A stretch of 64,000 bases of DNA from an uncultured Piscirickettsiaceae bacterium (GTDB taxonomy: Bacteria > Pseudomonadota > Gammaproteobacteria > GCF-002020875): positions 4,285-68,284 of the forward strand of contig CAYQBY010000004.1 of NCBI GenBank assembly GCA_964415865.1. Reading direction: 5' to 3'. The first letter of the stretch is position 1. Each line of letters opens with the position of its first letter. The translations under genes and the position numbers were made by a program. Shown here one piece after another: positions 53,220 through 62,722 of this stretch. The notes beneath the pieces were generated by a model. That model made no database searches. It worked only from the letters and a program-made list of their open reading frames with translations, and was not told where the DNA came from.

Positions 53220-54152
53220 TCAGAAATCTTCACTAAATGCCTCACGATATGACTCTCTGAACTGATCCATTGTGAAGTGATGGTTCTGGGTTCCATGGGT
53301 ACCTATCTTTATGGATCCTAGCAGTGAGGCAATCTGCCCAGTGGTCTTCCACTCCATTTCATTAAGTAGCCCAAACAGCAATCCTGCGCGGAAAGCATCG
53401 CCACAACCTGTTGGATCCAGTGTATGCTCAACAGAAACTGCTGGAATATCAATACGATGCCCTCCGGTGTAGATAACAGATCCCTCTCCCCCTCGGGTAA
53501 CTATCAACGCATCCACACGTTCTGCAATCTCCACTGCGCTCAATCCGGTACGCTCCTGCATCAGAGCAGACTCATAATCATTTACTGCAATCCAGGTCGC
53601 CTGATCAATAAATTGAATAAGGTCCTCCTTGCCAAACATCGGCAACCCCTGCCCCGGATCAAAAACAAACGGAATATCTGCCTCCGCAAACTGGGTGGCA
53701 TGCTCTACCATCCCATCGCGCCCATCAGGTGAGACAATTCCCAGAGAGACCCCGGCAATATCAGAGACAGAGTTGAGGTGTGATGAATTCATGGCGCCCG
53801 GATGAAATGCCGTTATCTGATTATCATCCATATCTGTGGTAATAAAGGCCTGGGCGGTATAGCTATCAGCAACCTCTTGCAGACCCTTGGTTGAAATTCC
53901 AGACTTCTCCATCCATGCACGATATGGCGCAAAATCGGCGCCAACAGTCGCCATTGGGATGGATTGTGCTCCCAACAGGTTCAGATTATAGGCAATGTTG
54001 CCGGCTGTGCCTCCAAACTCACGGCGCATCTCCGGGACCAGAAAAGAGACATTCAACATATGCACCTTGTCCGGCAGAATATGATTCTTAAACTTGTCAG
54101 GAAAAACCATAATCTGGTCAAAGGCGTAAGAGCCGCATATAAGTGCTGTCAT
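53220..54152 (-). CDS. PfkB-family nucleoside (adenosine-type) kinase
   Basis: GGTAGNIAY, VFDPGQ, DPTGCGDAFRAG. Confidence 0.88.
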   Translation of the reverse strand: MTALICGSYAFDQIMVFPDKFKNHILPDKVHMLNVSFLVPEMRREFGGTAGNIAYNLNLLGAQSIPMATVGADFAPYRAWMEKSGISTKGLQEVADSYTAQAFITTDMDDNQITAFHPGAMNSSHLNSVSDIAGVSLGIVSPDGRDGMVEHATQFAEADIPFVFDPGQGLPMFGKEDLIQFIDQATWIAVNDYESALMQERTGLSAVEIAERVDALIVTRGGEGSVIYTGGHRIDIPAVSVEHTLDPTGCGDAFRAGLLFGLLNEMEWKTTGQIASLLGSIKIGTHGTQNHHFTMDQFRESYREAFSEDF

Positions 54153-54170
54153 TTTCTGTCTATTCCTTAG

Positions 54171-55646
54171 TTACTGTTTATACCAATTGAGATCCAACTC
54201 TCGTGCTGCACGCACATCATCCAGACGCCTTACTGGCAGCGTCCATGGAGCACCCTTTACCTGATCCGGTGAATCTTTTGCCTCCTGCAGGATCTGCACC
54301 ATGGCATCCACAAACGCATCAAGAGTCTCCTTGTCCTCTGTCTCTGTTGGCTCAATCAACAGACACTCCGGAACCAGCAGAGGAAAATATGTGGTTGGGG
54401 CATGGTGACCGTAATCCAGTAGACGCTTGGCAAAATCCATTGCCGACACCCCAAGTTCCTTTGCCTCTCTCTTCAACGTGACAATAAATTCATGGGTGGC
54501 ACGCCGCTCGGGAATTGCAAGAGAAAAACCGGCCTGCTCCATCTTCTTCATCAGATAGTTGGCATTCAAAACCGAATAGTCTGCTACCCGTTCCATACCA
54601 TCTGTACCCAACATCTTTGCATAGACATAGGCACGCAACAGTATTCCAACGTTTCCACTCCACGCAGAGAGACGACCAATACTCTCCGGACAGTCATTCT
54701 CATCCATCCAACCATACTCTGCTGCCTGACCAGACGAGTCAGCATCTATCTTTTTAACCATAGGGATTGGCAGATATGGAGCCAATCGACTGTTTGCAAC
54801 CACCGGACCTGCACCCGGTCCACCACCACCATGCGGGGTTGAAAAGGTCTTATGAACATTGATATGGATAACATCGAATCCCATATCACCGGGACGTGTC
54901 TTGCCAAGAATCGCGTTCAGATTAGCGCCATCATAGTAAAGCAGTCCTCCTGCCTTATGCATGATGTCAGCAATCTCCTCGATCCTGCGCTCAAATACAC
55001 CGAGGGTGGATGGGTTTGTCAGCATAATTCCTGCCGTCTGTGGCCCAACCACCTCGCGCAGGGCGGCCACATCCACATCACCAGAGTCATTGGTCGGGAT
55101 CTCCCTAACCTTATAGCCACACATAACCGCAGAGGCAGGATTTGTTCCATGTGCAGCATCAGGCACCAAAATCTCATTCCTGTCATCATCATCCCGGGCA
55201 TCGTGATATGCACGAATCATTGCAACCCCGGCAAATTCACCCTGTGCACCTGCCGCAGGTGTCAGTGAGGCAGCCTCCATTCCAGTTACCTGCTGCAGCA
55301 TCTCCTGTAGCTCATATAAACACGCCATCACCCCCTGCCCTAAAGCTGCATCACTTGCAGGATGACGATTTAAAAAACCAGACTGCATCGCCAGTGTATT
55401 GGAGCTGCGCGGATTGTACTTCATGGTGCACGAACCCAGAGGGTAGAAGTTAGTATCAATCGAGAAGTTTTTCTGTGAAAGCCGCGTATAGTGACGCACA
55501 GCCTGCAGCTCGGATACTTCAGGCAACTGTACCTCTGCTCTTCTTTTCAGTGATTCAGGAATGGTATCTAGCGAATAACCGGAATCAACAATCCTTTGTG
55601 CTCTATTCTCTCTGCCCGGCTCTGAACGCTCGAAAATCAACATCAC
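54171..55646 (-). CDS. gcvPB: Glycine dehydrogenase subunit 2
   Basis: [36 protein letters not shown]. Confidence 0.97.
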   Translation of the reverse strand: MMLIFERSEPGRENRAQRIVDSGYSLDTIPESLKRRAEVQLPEVSELQAVRHYTRLSQKNFSIDTNFYPLGSCTMKYNPRSSNTLAMQSGFLNRHPASDAALGQGVMACLYELQEMLQQVTGMEAASLTPAAGAQGEFAGVAMIRAYHDARDDDDRNEILVPDAAHGTNPASAVMCGYKVREIPTNDSGDVDVAALREVVGPQTAGIMLTNPSTLGVFERRIEEIADIMHKAGGLLYYDGANLNAILGKTRPGDMGFDVIHINVHKTFSTPHGGGGPGAGPVVANSRLAPYLPIPMVKKIDADSSGQAAEYGWMDENDCPESIGRLSAWSGNVGILLRAYVYAKMLGTDGMERVADYSVLNANYLMKKMEQAGFSLAIPERRATHEFIVTLKREAKELGVSAMDFAKRLLDYGHHAPTTYFPLLVPECLLIEPTETEDKETLDAFVDAMVQILQEAKDSPDQVKGAPWTLPVRRLDDVRAARELDLNWYKQ

Positions 55647-57016
55647 TCGCCCTCCTCAGCCAATACGGCCTCAAGCGCTACTGTAAACCGCTCTATGTCA
55701 GAGTCACTGCGTAGTTCTGTGGCACAGACCAAAAGAGCGTTCTCGCCGAGCTCTGGATAATTCTCAGCCAGCGCAATGCCGCCTACAATATCCTGCCAAA
55801 CCAGTGCAGCCAGAACCTCATCAGCCGGTTTTGGCAGATTAATTACTAGCTCATGAAAAAATGGGGATGTGAAGTTCTGGGTAACCCCATCAACGGCAGT
55901 CAAACGGTCAGCCAGTTTGTGGCTATTTTGGTGAGAGCCAGACGCCATCTGTTTCAACCCAGAACCACCCATCAGACTCATAAAAATTGTGGCTGCTGTC
56001 ACCATCAACCCCTGATTAGTACATATATTGGATGTCGCCTTGGAGCGCCGAATATGCTGCTCTCTGGCCTGCAGGGTCAGAGCAAACCCTGGATGATCCT
56101 CAAGATCACGGGTCTGCCCAATCAGACGTCCAGGCAACTGCCTGACCAGTGCTTTTGTAGAGCAGAGGAACCCTAGAAATGGCCCACCTGAAGAGAGCGG
56201 AATTCCCAATGGTTGCCCCTCCCCACAAACAATATCTGCACCCTTCTCGCCCCACTCACCTGGTGGACTCAACAGAGCAATCGCCACAGGATTAACACAA
56301 CCAATTACCAGCATACCGTGTTTATGCGCCATATCAGTTAGGCCATGCACATCCTCGAGCGTACCAAAGTAGCCCGGCAACGGAATTACCAGCGCCGTGT
56401 AATCATCTCCCTCCTCAATATTTAGTGAGCCAGGATCAACCACCCCTTTTTCTATATCATAATCAAGCTCAACCAGCTCAATTCCCTGGTGACGAACCAG
56501 GGTATGAACCACCTTTCTATAGGTTGGGTTCACGGTTTTCGGCATCAGAATGCGTTTTGACTTTGAACGACGATTTGCCCGTACCGCCATCAATACAGCC
56601 TCGGCCAGAGCTGATGCACCATCATAGAGTGAGGCATTCGAAACATCCATTGCCATCAGACTGGATACCATTGATTGATATTCGTAGAGCATCTGCAGGG
56701 TACCCTGACTAGCCTCAGCCTGGTACGGTGTATAGGCAGTATAAAACTCTCCTCTTGTGGCCAACTCCCATACTGCTGCCGGAATATGATGTTGATAGGC
56801 ACCACCACCAGCAAAGCAGAGCACTCCATCATCTGCAGCTGCCCGCTCTCGCATCAACTGTCCTATCTCCATTTCACCCATACCATCTTGTGGATTTGCA
56901 GGGCTATCAGCGCGCAGAGATTGTGGAATCTCCTCAAACAGATCATCAATCTGTTGGGCGCCTATGGCATTCAACATGGATGCCGTCTCGGACTGAGTAT
57001 GGGGAATAAATGGCAT
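55643..57016 (-). CDS. gcvPA: Glycine dehydrogenase subunit 1
   Basis: [36 protein letters not shown]. Confidence 0.97.
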   Translation of the reverse strand: MPFIPHTQSETASMLNAIGAQQIDDLFEEIPQSLRADSPANPQDGMGEMEIGQLMRERAAADDGVLCFAGGGAYQHHIPAAVWELATRGEFYTAYTPYQAEASQGTLQMLYEYQSMVSSLMAMDVSNASLYDGASALAEAVLMAVRANRRSKSKRILMPKTVNPTYRKVVHTLVRHQGIELVELDYDIEKGVVDPGSLNIEEGDDYTALVIPLPGYFGTLEDVHGLTDMAHKHGMLVIGCVNPVAIALLSPPGEWGEKGADIVCGEGQPLGIPLSSGGPFLGFLCSTKALVRQLPGRLIGQTRDLEDHPGFALTLQAREQHIRRSKATSNICTNQGLMVTAATIFMSLMGGSGLKQMASGSHQNSHKLADRLTAVDGVTQNFTSPFFHELVINLPKPADEVLAALVWQDIVGGIALAENYPELGENALLVCATELRSDSDIERFTVALEAVLAEEGE

Positions 57017-57019
57017 CGA

Positions 57020-57403
57020 CTACTCCGCCTCTACAACTGCAGCATAACCATCTGCATCCAATAACTGATCAAAATCCCCCTCATCAGCGAGCTTGATTTT
57101 CATGATCCATGAATCATAAGGGGCATCATTAACCTGTTCCGGGCTGTCCATCAGCTCCTCATTAACCTCAACAATCTCGCCACCCAGGGGAGCATATAGA
57201 TCAGAGGCAGCCTTTACCGACTCCACAACCCCACACTCCCCATCTGCTTCAACCTCTACACCAACCTCAGGCAACTCAACAAATACGATATCTCCAAGCA
57301 ACTCTTGAGCATGGTCTGTAATACCAATTGTTACAGTTCCTGCATCATTACTTATCCACTCATGGCTCTTGCTATATCTCAGACCAGCTGGAATCTCACT
57401 CAT
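57020..57403 (-). CDS. gcvH: Glycine cleavage H protein
   Basis: [19 protein letters not shown] (lipoyl Lys). Confidence 0.98.
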   Translation of the reverse strand: MSEIPAGLRYSKSHEWISNDAGTVTIGITDHAQELLGDIVFVELPEVGVEVEADGECGVVESVKAASDLYAPLGGEIVEVNEELMDSPEQVNDAPYDSWIMKIKLADEGDFDQLLDADGYAAVVEAE

Positions 57404-57429
57404 TTAACTCTCCCTCTTAAACTCTACAA

Positions 57430-58524
57430 TTAATTAACAGATTTACCATCCCGTACAAACATCGGCTTACCAATAGTTGCCGGGATCCGCCTACCTCTAA
57501 TATCTACATCACAACTGCCTGTAACTGATGACTCAATACGGGCAAGTGCTATGGTTTGTTTCAGGGTTGGTGAAAACCCTCCACTTGTAACCTCACCAAC
57601 CTCTCTATCACCAACAAACAATTTCTGGTGAGAACGCATTACCCCTCTACCATCAAGCAACAGACCAACCAACTTACGCGGCACACCACTGGCTTTTTGC
57701 TGTTCCAGAGCTAACCGCCCAATAAAATCTCGACTCTCGGGGTCCAGCGCAACTGTCCATGATAGTGCAGACTCCAACGGTGTTGTCTCCTCTGTCATGT
57801 CTACACCATAAAGCATCATACCTGCCTCGAGACGCAGGGTATCTCTGGCGCCCAGACCACATGGCTCAACACCCGCGTCCACCATTGCCTGCCAGAACGG
57901 TTCTGCATCTGCGTGCGGCAACATCACCTCAAAGCCATCTTCACCGGTGTATCCAGTACGGGCAATAAAACCCTCTTCCACCTCAGCAGCATAAAAACGA
58001 TCCAGAGACTCAACCGTATCGCGAGACTCATCTTTCAGCCACTGCAATATAATTGAGCGTGCCTCTGGCCCCTGCAGAGCCACCATGGACAACTCTAGTC
58101 TCTCGGTTAATTCTGCATCAAACCCAGAGAGCTTATCTTGCATCCAGGCCAGATCATTGGTTCTGGTTGCTGCATTGGTAACTATCCGAAAGTTATCTTG
58201 CCCCATCCAGTAGACAATCAGGTCATCAATCACCCCCCCCTGCTCATTCAACATACAAGAGTAGAGAGCCTTGCCTTCGGTTTTTAGGCGAGCAACATCA
58301 TTGGCTAATAGTTTTTGCAGATAATTGGTGGCATCCGCTCCAGCAAGATCGCTGACAACCATATGAGACACATCAAACATGCCAGCCCTGTTACGAATCT
58401 GATGGTGCTCATCCACCTGTGAACCATAATGAAGTGGCATCTCCCAGCCGGAGAAATCGACCATCTTCGCACCTGCACGCTTATGTGCTTCATTGAGTGC
58501 GGTCTTCTTTAATTCCTGTGACAT
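57430..58524 (-). CDS. gcvT: Glycine cleavage aminomethyltransferase
   Basis: FDVSHM, GGVIDDL, RTGYTGEDGFE, GLGARDTLRLEAG. Confidence 0.98.
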   Translation of the reverse strand: MSQELKKTALNEAHKRAGAKMVDFSGWEMPLHYGSQVDEHHQIRNRAGMFDVSHMVVSDLAGADATNYLQKLLANDVARLKTEGKALYSCMLNEQGGVIDDLIVYWMGQDNFRIVTNAATRTNDLAWMQDKLSGFDAELTERLELSMVALQGPEARSIILQWLKDESRDTVESLDRFYAAEVEEGFIARTGYTGEDGFEVMLPHADAEPFWQAMVDAGVEPCGLGARDTLRLEAGMMLYGVDMTEETTPLESALSWTVALDPESRDFIGRLALEQQKASGVPRKLVGLLLDGRGVMRSHQKLFVGDREVGEVTSGGFSPTLKQTIALARIESSVTGSCDVDIRGRRIPATIGKPMFVRDGKSVN

Positions 58525-58585
58525 ATCCTGGCTCTTGGTCTATTGCTAACGCAGCCATATACAAAGCGCATACAGCGACAACAAA

Positions 58586-58672
58586 CCCCTCTGTCCGGGA
58601 ACCTGAGAGATTGGGCAAACTATTTAAAATCTGCCTTCCCCTTCGGTAGATCATGCCGATCTTCTCCAGAGC
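58586..58672 (-). promoter_or_regulatory. Glycine riboswitch, aptamer 2
   Basis: Minus strand CTCTGGAGA...CCGAAGG...CTCTCAGG...GGACAGAGGG upstream of gcvT. Confidence 0.93.
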
Positions 58673-58685
58673 CAGTATTTAGATA

Positions 58686-58765
58686 TCGTAGTCCTTTTGC
58701 CTGAGCGTTTCCGGGCTGTTGCGCCTTCGGCGGCCTGCTAGAGCAGACTCTCTCCCACGATCTGA
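58686..58765 (-). promoter_or_regulatory. Glycine riboswitch, aptamer 1
   Basis: Minus strand CGTGGGAGAG...CCGAAGGCGCAA...AACGCTCAGGCAAAAGGACTACG. Confidence 0.93.
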
Positions 58766-58855
58766 AACTGAGCTGAAAATTCTACCCTGATCCGCAAGGT
58801 AGTGCCATTCAGATTTTAAATAGGTAGAAAATTATTGATTGATGTCCAAGCGAAC

Positions 58856-60163
58856 TCAACGAGACATGAATGATTCAATCTCGTCAGCACTCTTGGGGGC
58901 GCCATCAGTTATAACCTCACACCCCTGACTGGTTACTACAACATCATCCTCGATTCGAATACCAATCCCCTGCCATTTCCTGGCAACTCCCTTCATCCCT
59001 TGCGGGATATAGAGCCCTGGCTCAACTGTCATCACCATTCCCGGCTCCAGTTGACGCCACTTTCCATCCACCTTGTATTCACCTACATCATGAACATCCA
59101 TTCCAAGCCAATGGCTGGTTTGGTGCATATAGAATCTTTTGTATTTCTCATCTTTGATCAGACTATTCAGGTCTCCCTTTAGAATTTTCAGCTCCAACAA
59201 CCCTTTGGTTACAGCCCTTACAGCAGCACGGTGGGGAGCATCAAAACGTCTGCCCGGGCGAATCTGCCTGATTGCCATCTTTTGTGCAGCCAGAACGATC
59301 TCATAGAGCTGGCGTTGCACCGTAGAGAAACGACCATTAACAGGGAATGTACGAGTGATGTCTGCAGCATATCCATCATACTCGGCACCTGCATCAATCA
59401 ATACCAGCTCACCATCCTGCAGATAGTTACTATTTTTGATGTAGTGAAGTGTACAGGCACTGTTTCCCCCGGCCACAATCGAGTCATAGGCAACAGTTCG
59501 TACTCCATGAGTTGAAAACTCATGAAGAATCTCTCCCTCTACCTCTGATTCAACCATCTCTGGCCGGCAATATCTCATCGCCCTGCGATGTGCTGCAACT
59601 GTAATAGCTGCAGCTTTTTTCATAAGACGGATCTCTGCAGCTGACTTGATCAGGCGCATCTCATGCAACAGTGGATCCAGCAACTGTACCGTCTGTGGAG
59701 TCACAATACCGGCACGACTCTGCTGACGAAATGATCTCAACTGCTTAAGTAATCCCTGCTCAATCGTACTCTCTTCGCCCAGATTGAAATATACATGCTG
59801 CACCCCTGCAAGCAGCTCAGGCAGTTTTTCGCTCCACTGCCCAACAGGCCATGCCTCGCTCATTCCCATATCTGAAACGGCACGCTCTGTTCCCAACCTT
59901 GCGCCCGTCCACTGCTCCTGCTCTCGATCTCTCTCCTGACAAAACAGCATCGATGAACCCCTGTTGCCACTCTTTTTTATCACCAACACGGCATCCGGCT
60001 CTGCAAACCCGGTCAGATAATAGAAGTCACTCTCAGGGTGATATGAATACTCAACGTCTCTATTACGAATATGGTGTGGAGCTGCCGATAAAATAGCAAT
60101 GGAATCAGACTCCATCTTTCTTAACAGCTGCCTGCGACGACCTGCAAATACCTTCTGGTTCAT
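58856..60163 (-). CDS. pepP: Xaa-Pro aminopeptidase
   Basis: SDFYYLTGF, LIDAGAE, DITRTFP, HWLGMDVHD, TVEPGLY, GIRIEDD. Confidence 0.97.
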   Translation of the reverse strand: MNQKVFAGRRRQLLRKMESDSIAILSAAPHHIRNRDVEYSYHPESDFYYLTGFAEPDAVLVIKKSGNRGSSMLFCQERDREQEQWTGARLGTERAVSDMGMSEAWPVGQWSEKLPELLAGVQHVYFNLGEESTIEQGLLKQLRSFRQQSRAGIVTPQTVQLLDPLLHEMRLIKSAAEIRLMKKAAAITVAAHRRAMRYCRPEMVESEVEGEILHEFSTHGVRTVAYDSIVAGGNSACTLHYIKNSNYLQDGELVLIDAGAEYDGYAADITRTFPVNGRFSTVQRQLYEIVLAAQKMAIRQIRPGRRFDAPHRAAVRAVTKGLLELKILKGDLNSLIKDEKYKRFYMHQTSHWLGMDVHDVGEYKVDGKWRQLEPGMVMTVEPGLYIPQGMKGVARKWQGIGIRIEDDVVVTSQGCEVITDGAPKSADEIESFMSR

Positions 60164-60180
60164 TGTGTACAGAGGATCCC

Positions 60181-60762
60181 TTAGTGAATGGTCTCGTTTA
60201 ACGGTAAAGACCCCGTTGGTCTCTTCGCTGGATGACTACCCTCATACAGCAGCATGGTACCAATACGTACATGCTCAACCACCTGCAGAAAATCCATCTC
60301 ATCCTCCTCGTCCCCGTGGTCATCCTCTCCCTCTATAAAGCTGGCACGAGATATCTCCATCAGGTCTCTCAGAAACTCCTGTTGCACCTCACTCTCTTGA
60401 AAATCCTCACTGGCGGATGCAATACCGTATCCATAGAGAAACCCTTCACACCATGCAGCCAGTGCCTCAGTACGCACAGCAAGAGGTTCTTCTTCTGGCA
60501 GAAATAACTCAAACTGCCACTCGTCACCATTCAAATGTTTGACCACATTGGCAACCATCCCGGCAATCAAGGCAACATCCTCACGTGCCTGCAGATTAGC
60601 CTCATCACGCTCTCCAACCACCTCCTTCAGCCAGCTAATCTCATCCTCTGCATGTCCAGACATAAGGCGACCACAGAAAGAGCCATGAAGCTCAGCACCA
60701 TCCATTGTCAGAGATAATCGTCTCAACGCATCACTCACATCATCGTATTGAATCTTTTCCAT
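60181..60762 (-). CDS. ygfB: UPF0149 (YgfB/YecA) family protein
   Basis: AELHG, WCEGFLYG, EHVR; upstream of pepP. Confidence 0.85.
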   Translation of the reverse strand: MEKIQYDDVSDALRRLSLTMDGAELHGSFCGRLMSGHAEDEISWLKEVVGERDEANLQAREDVALIAGMVANVVKHLNGDEWQFELFLPEEEPLAVRTEALAAWCEGFLYGYGIASASEDFQESEVQQEFLRDLMEISRASFIEGEDDHGDEEDEMDFLQVVEHVRIGTMLLYEGSHPAKRPTGSLPLNETIH

Positions 60763-60805
60763 CCCCCCATTCTCTCAGAAACAGAGAACTGCGCAACTTT
60801 CACTA

Positions 60806-60834
60806 TTGAAGATTTATGACTATCAATCTATAGT
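60806..60834 (+). promoter_or_regulatory. sigma70 promoter of the zapA operon
   Basis: TTGAAG-17 nt-TATAGT, about 9 nt before the ATG at 60844. Confidence 0.55.
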
Positions 60835-60843
60835 CGTCCCATT

Positions 60844-61098
60844 ATGGCCAAGAAAAAAACCACAAAAAAGAGTTCCGCCAGTGGACGCCAATGGCAACCA
60901 GAGATCAAAAATCTGGAGCACCGCATTGGTGAGCTGATTGGGTTTTGCAATACATTGCGCGAAGAGAACAGAGAACTGCGTGGAAAAATACAGGAAATCA
61001 TCACAGAGCGAGATGAGCTGATAGAGAAAAATCAGATGACCATCAAGAGCGTGGAATCAGTCCTCTCATCCGTCCGCATCCTGGAGAAACAGTCATGA
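60844..61098 (+). CDS. TIGR02449-like (ZapB-like) coiled-coil protein
   Basis: LEHRIGELI...LREENRELR...ELIEKNQ heptads; overlaps the zapA start. Confidence 0.8.
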   Translation: MAKKKTTKKSSASGRQWQPEIKNLEHRIGELIGFCNTLREENRELRGKIQEIITERDELIEKNQMTIKSVESVLSSVRILEKQS

Positions 61099-61409
61099 CA
61101 CAAAGTTCACCAATAACTGTCAGCATCCTGCAAAAAGAGTACAAGATCTCTTGTCCTCCAGAGGAGCAGGATTCACTTATTGAATCTGCCTCAATCGTTG
61201 ACAAGAAAATGCGCGAGATCAGAAAGCAGGGCAAGAGTGTTGGTCAGGACCGTATTGCCATAATGGCAGCCCTCAATATCGCCCATGATCTACTACATAA
61301 TCGCTCTGATCATCAGCAAGGGGTTGGTGACGTGGCAGATGAACTGGTTCGCCTACGAGGCCAGGTGGAGGCTGCACTTCACCATGGCAAGCAATTAGAG
61401 CTTGAATAA
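61095..61409 (+). CDS. zapA: Cell division protein ZapA
   Basis: ILQKEYKISCP, VDKKMREI, IAIMAALNIAHDLL. Confidence 0.95.
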   Translation: MTQSSPITVSILQKEYKISCPPEEQDSLIESASIVDKKMREIRKQGKSVGQDRIAIMAALNIAHDLLHNRSDHQQGVGDVADELVRLRGQVEAALHHGKQLELE

Positions 61410-61447
61410 TCATCCACAAAGGTGTAGCTTATATACCTATAGATTTT

Positions 61448-61635
61448 GGTGTCTACTGTAGTATTCGATCATCGGGACTCGATCCTTGATCCTTAACTCA
61501 CGACCCTGGGAGCTAATTTTATTAAAGGCGTGCGCAGGTCCGATTATCGGAAAGCCTAAACCTTTAGTTCAGGCTCCCCTCTTTGAACTCTCTGGTTCAG
61601 GGACGTTGACCCGACCGGTACATGCGGTAGACACC
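61448..61635 (+). ncRNA. ssrS: 6S RNA
   Basis: Between zapA and ygfA. Closing stem GGTGTCTAC/GTAGACACC, GGGAGC/GCTCCC pairing, and TTTGAAC...GTTCAGGG hairpin typical of gammaproteobacterial 6S. Confidence 0.92.
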
Positions 61636-61652
61636 ACCCTACACTCCTCTCC

Positions 61653-62240
61653 ATGAACACTACCGCTACTCTTCGCAATAAAATCCGCGAGATGAGACGT
61701 GCGCTCCCTGAATCTGTGCGTCATACCAACTCTGCGGAGCTCTTTGGCCACCTTATAAACCACCATGTTTTTCAACGCAGCAATCGAATCGCCGGATTTA
61801 TTGCAAGTGACGGCGAACAGGATCCGGAACTAATTATCGATCGAGCCATTCATGATGGTAAAGAGTGTTTTCTACCTGTCTTGAACAGATTGCACGGCAA
61901 CAGACTATGGTTTGCTCCCCTCCATGAAGAGAGCGACCTGACTATCAATAAATACGGGATCCCGGAACCAGAAATATTCCCTCCGAAACCCACCCCAACC
62001 TGGACTCTTGATCTTGTATTGACCCCACTTGTTGCTTTTGATTCTGATGGAGGACGTATAGGAATGGGAGGCGGATATTATGACCGAACCTTCTCTCACC
62101 CAAAACGCTCAAGCAACAGCAAACGTCCATTTCTGCTTGGTATAGCTCACTCATTCCAGGAGATTAAATCAATAAAAAAAGAACCCTGGGATATTCCACT
62201 TGACGGTGTTGCGACAGAGAAAGAAGTTATTATCTTTTAA
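61653..62240 (+). CDS. ygfA: 5-formyltetrahydrofolate cyclo-ligase
   Basis: YGIPEP, DLVLTPLVAFD, RIGMGGGYYDR, WDIPLD. Confidence 0.95.
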   Translation: MNTTATLRNKIREMRRALPESVRHTNSAELFGHLINHHVFQRSNRIAGFIASDGEQDPELIIDRAIHDGKECFLPVLNRLHGNRLWFAPLHEESDLTINKYGIPEPEIFPPKPTPTWTLDLVLTPLVAFDSDGGRIGMGGGYYDRTFSHPKRSSNSKRPFLLGIAHSFQEIKSIKKEPWDIPLDGVATEKEVIIF

Positions 62241-62275
62241 TCAGTTGTTAGTTATTAACTGATTAAAAGATAATA
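62228..62275. repeat. Perfect 19-bp AT-rich inverted repeat
   Basis: TATTATCTTTTAATCAGTT (62228-62246) / AACTGATTAAAAGATAATA (62257-62275), 10-nt loop, overlapping the ygfA stop. Confidence 0.9.
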
Positions 62276-62340
62276 TAGTAATAATCAATTCTCAAATTAG
62301 AAACGGCTTATTTTATTTAGTTTATTATAAATAAAGAATA

Positions 62341-62381
62341 TTGATTGCAATAACATTGCTTTATTATCTGAATAATATAAT
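62341..62381 (+). promoter_or_regulatory. Putative CRP/FNR-family class II promoter
   Basis: TTGAT-TGCA-ATAAC (8/10 match to FNR consensus) centred about 41 nt upstream of the start implied by TATAAT at 62376-62381. No good -35. Confidence 0.4.
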
Positions 62382-62441
62382 ATCGCCGCAAGTCTGTTAA
62401 TACAGGCTTATTTTCTTAACTACATAGAGAGGTTATTCGAT

Positions 62442-62663
62442 ATGTTTGATAGTGCATTTTCTACCATTGGTAGCGTTATACGTGGACTGACTGGATTGTT
62501 AATGTCATTAATCGGGCTCGGCCTTTTAATCGAGGTTGTATTTGGTGCAGGGGCTCTTGGAATGCCCGGAGTTGTTGGGGGCATCGGTAACGTTGTATCC
62601 CAGTTCAGTGGAGTTAGCGGCTTAATTACACTGATTGTACTTGCAGCATTACTTAACAGATAA
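62442..62663 (+). CDS. Small Gly-rich membrane protein of unknown function (paralog 1)
   Basis: GAGG RBS; 73 aa, two hydrophobic helices linked by an amphipathic segment, basic C-terminus. Confidence 0.8.
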   Translation: MFDSAFSTIGSVIRGLTGLLMSLIGLGLLIEVVFGAGALGMPGVVGGIGNVVSQFSGVSGLITLIVLAALLNR

Positions 62664-62679
62664 TCATCTTTAAGTAGAC

Positions 62680-62697
62680 CCCCCTCTTCGGAGGGGG
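62680..62697 (+). terminator. Intercistronic cUUCGg hairpin (attenuator or stability element)
   Basis: CCCCCTC-TTCG-GAGGGGG, no strong U-tract. Confidence 0.6.
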
Positions 62698-62722
62698 TGT
62701 TATAAATAAAAGGCCCGACATC

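Noticed and set aside
54171-57016. Split gcvP as a possible frameshift or pseudogene
   Set aside because: Both halves match the normal two-subunit GcvPA/GcvPB form, with a 4-nt coupled overlap.
58794-58807. sigma54-like TGGCAC..TTGC upstream of the glycine riboswitch
   Set aside because: Spacing is GG-N9-GC; sigma54 strictly needs N10.
9481-61234. Many 60-200 aa ORFs antisense or out of frame to housekeeping genes (e.g. 22822..23280, 34187..34666, 35111..35614, 42761..43315, 49408..49956)
   Set aside because: Shadow ORFs fully inside well-supported genes, with no motifs or RBS support.
62276-62296. Fur box in the AT-rich tract
   Set aside because: Only one half-site (ATTCTCA) fits the 7-1-7 consensus, which is expected by chance in such AT-rich DNA.
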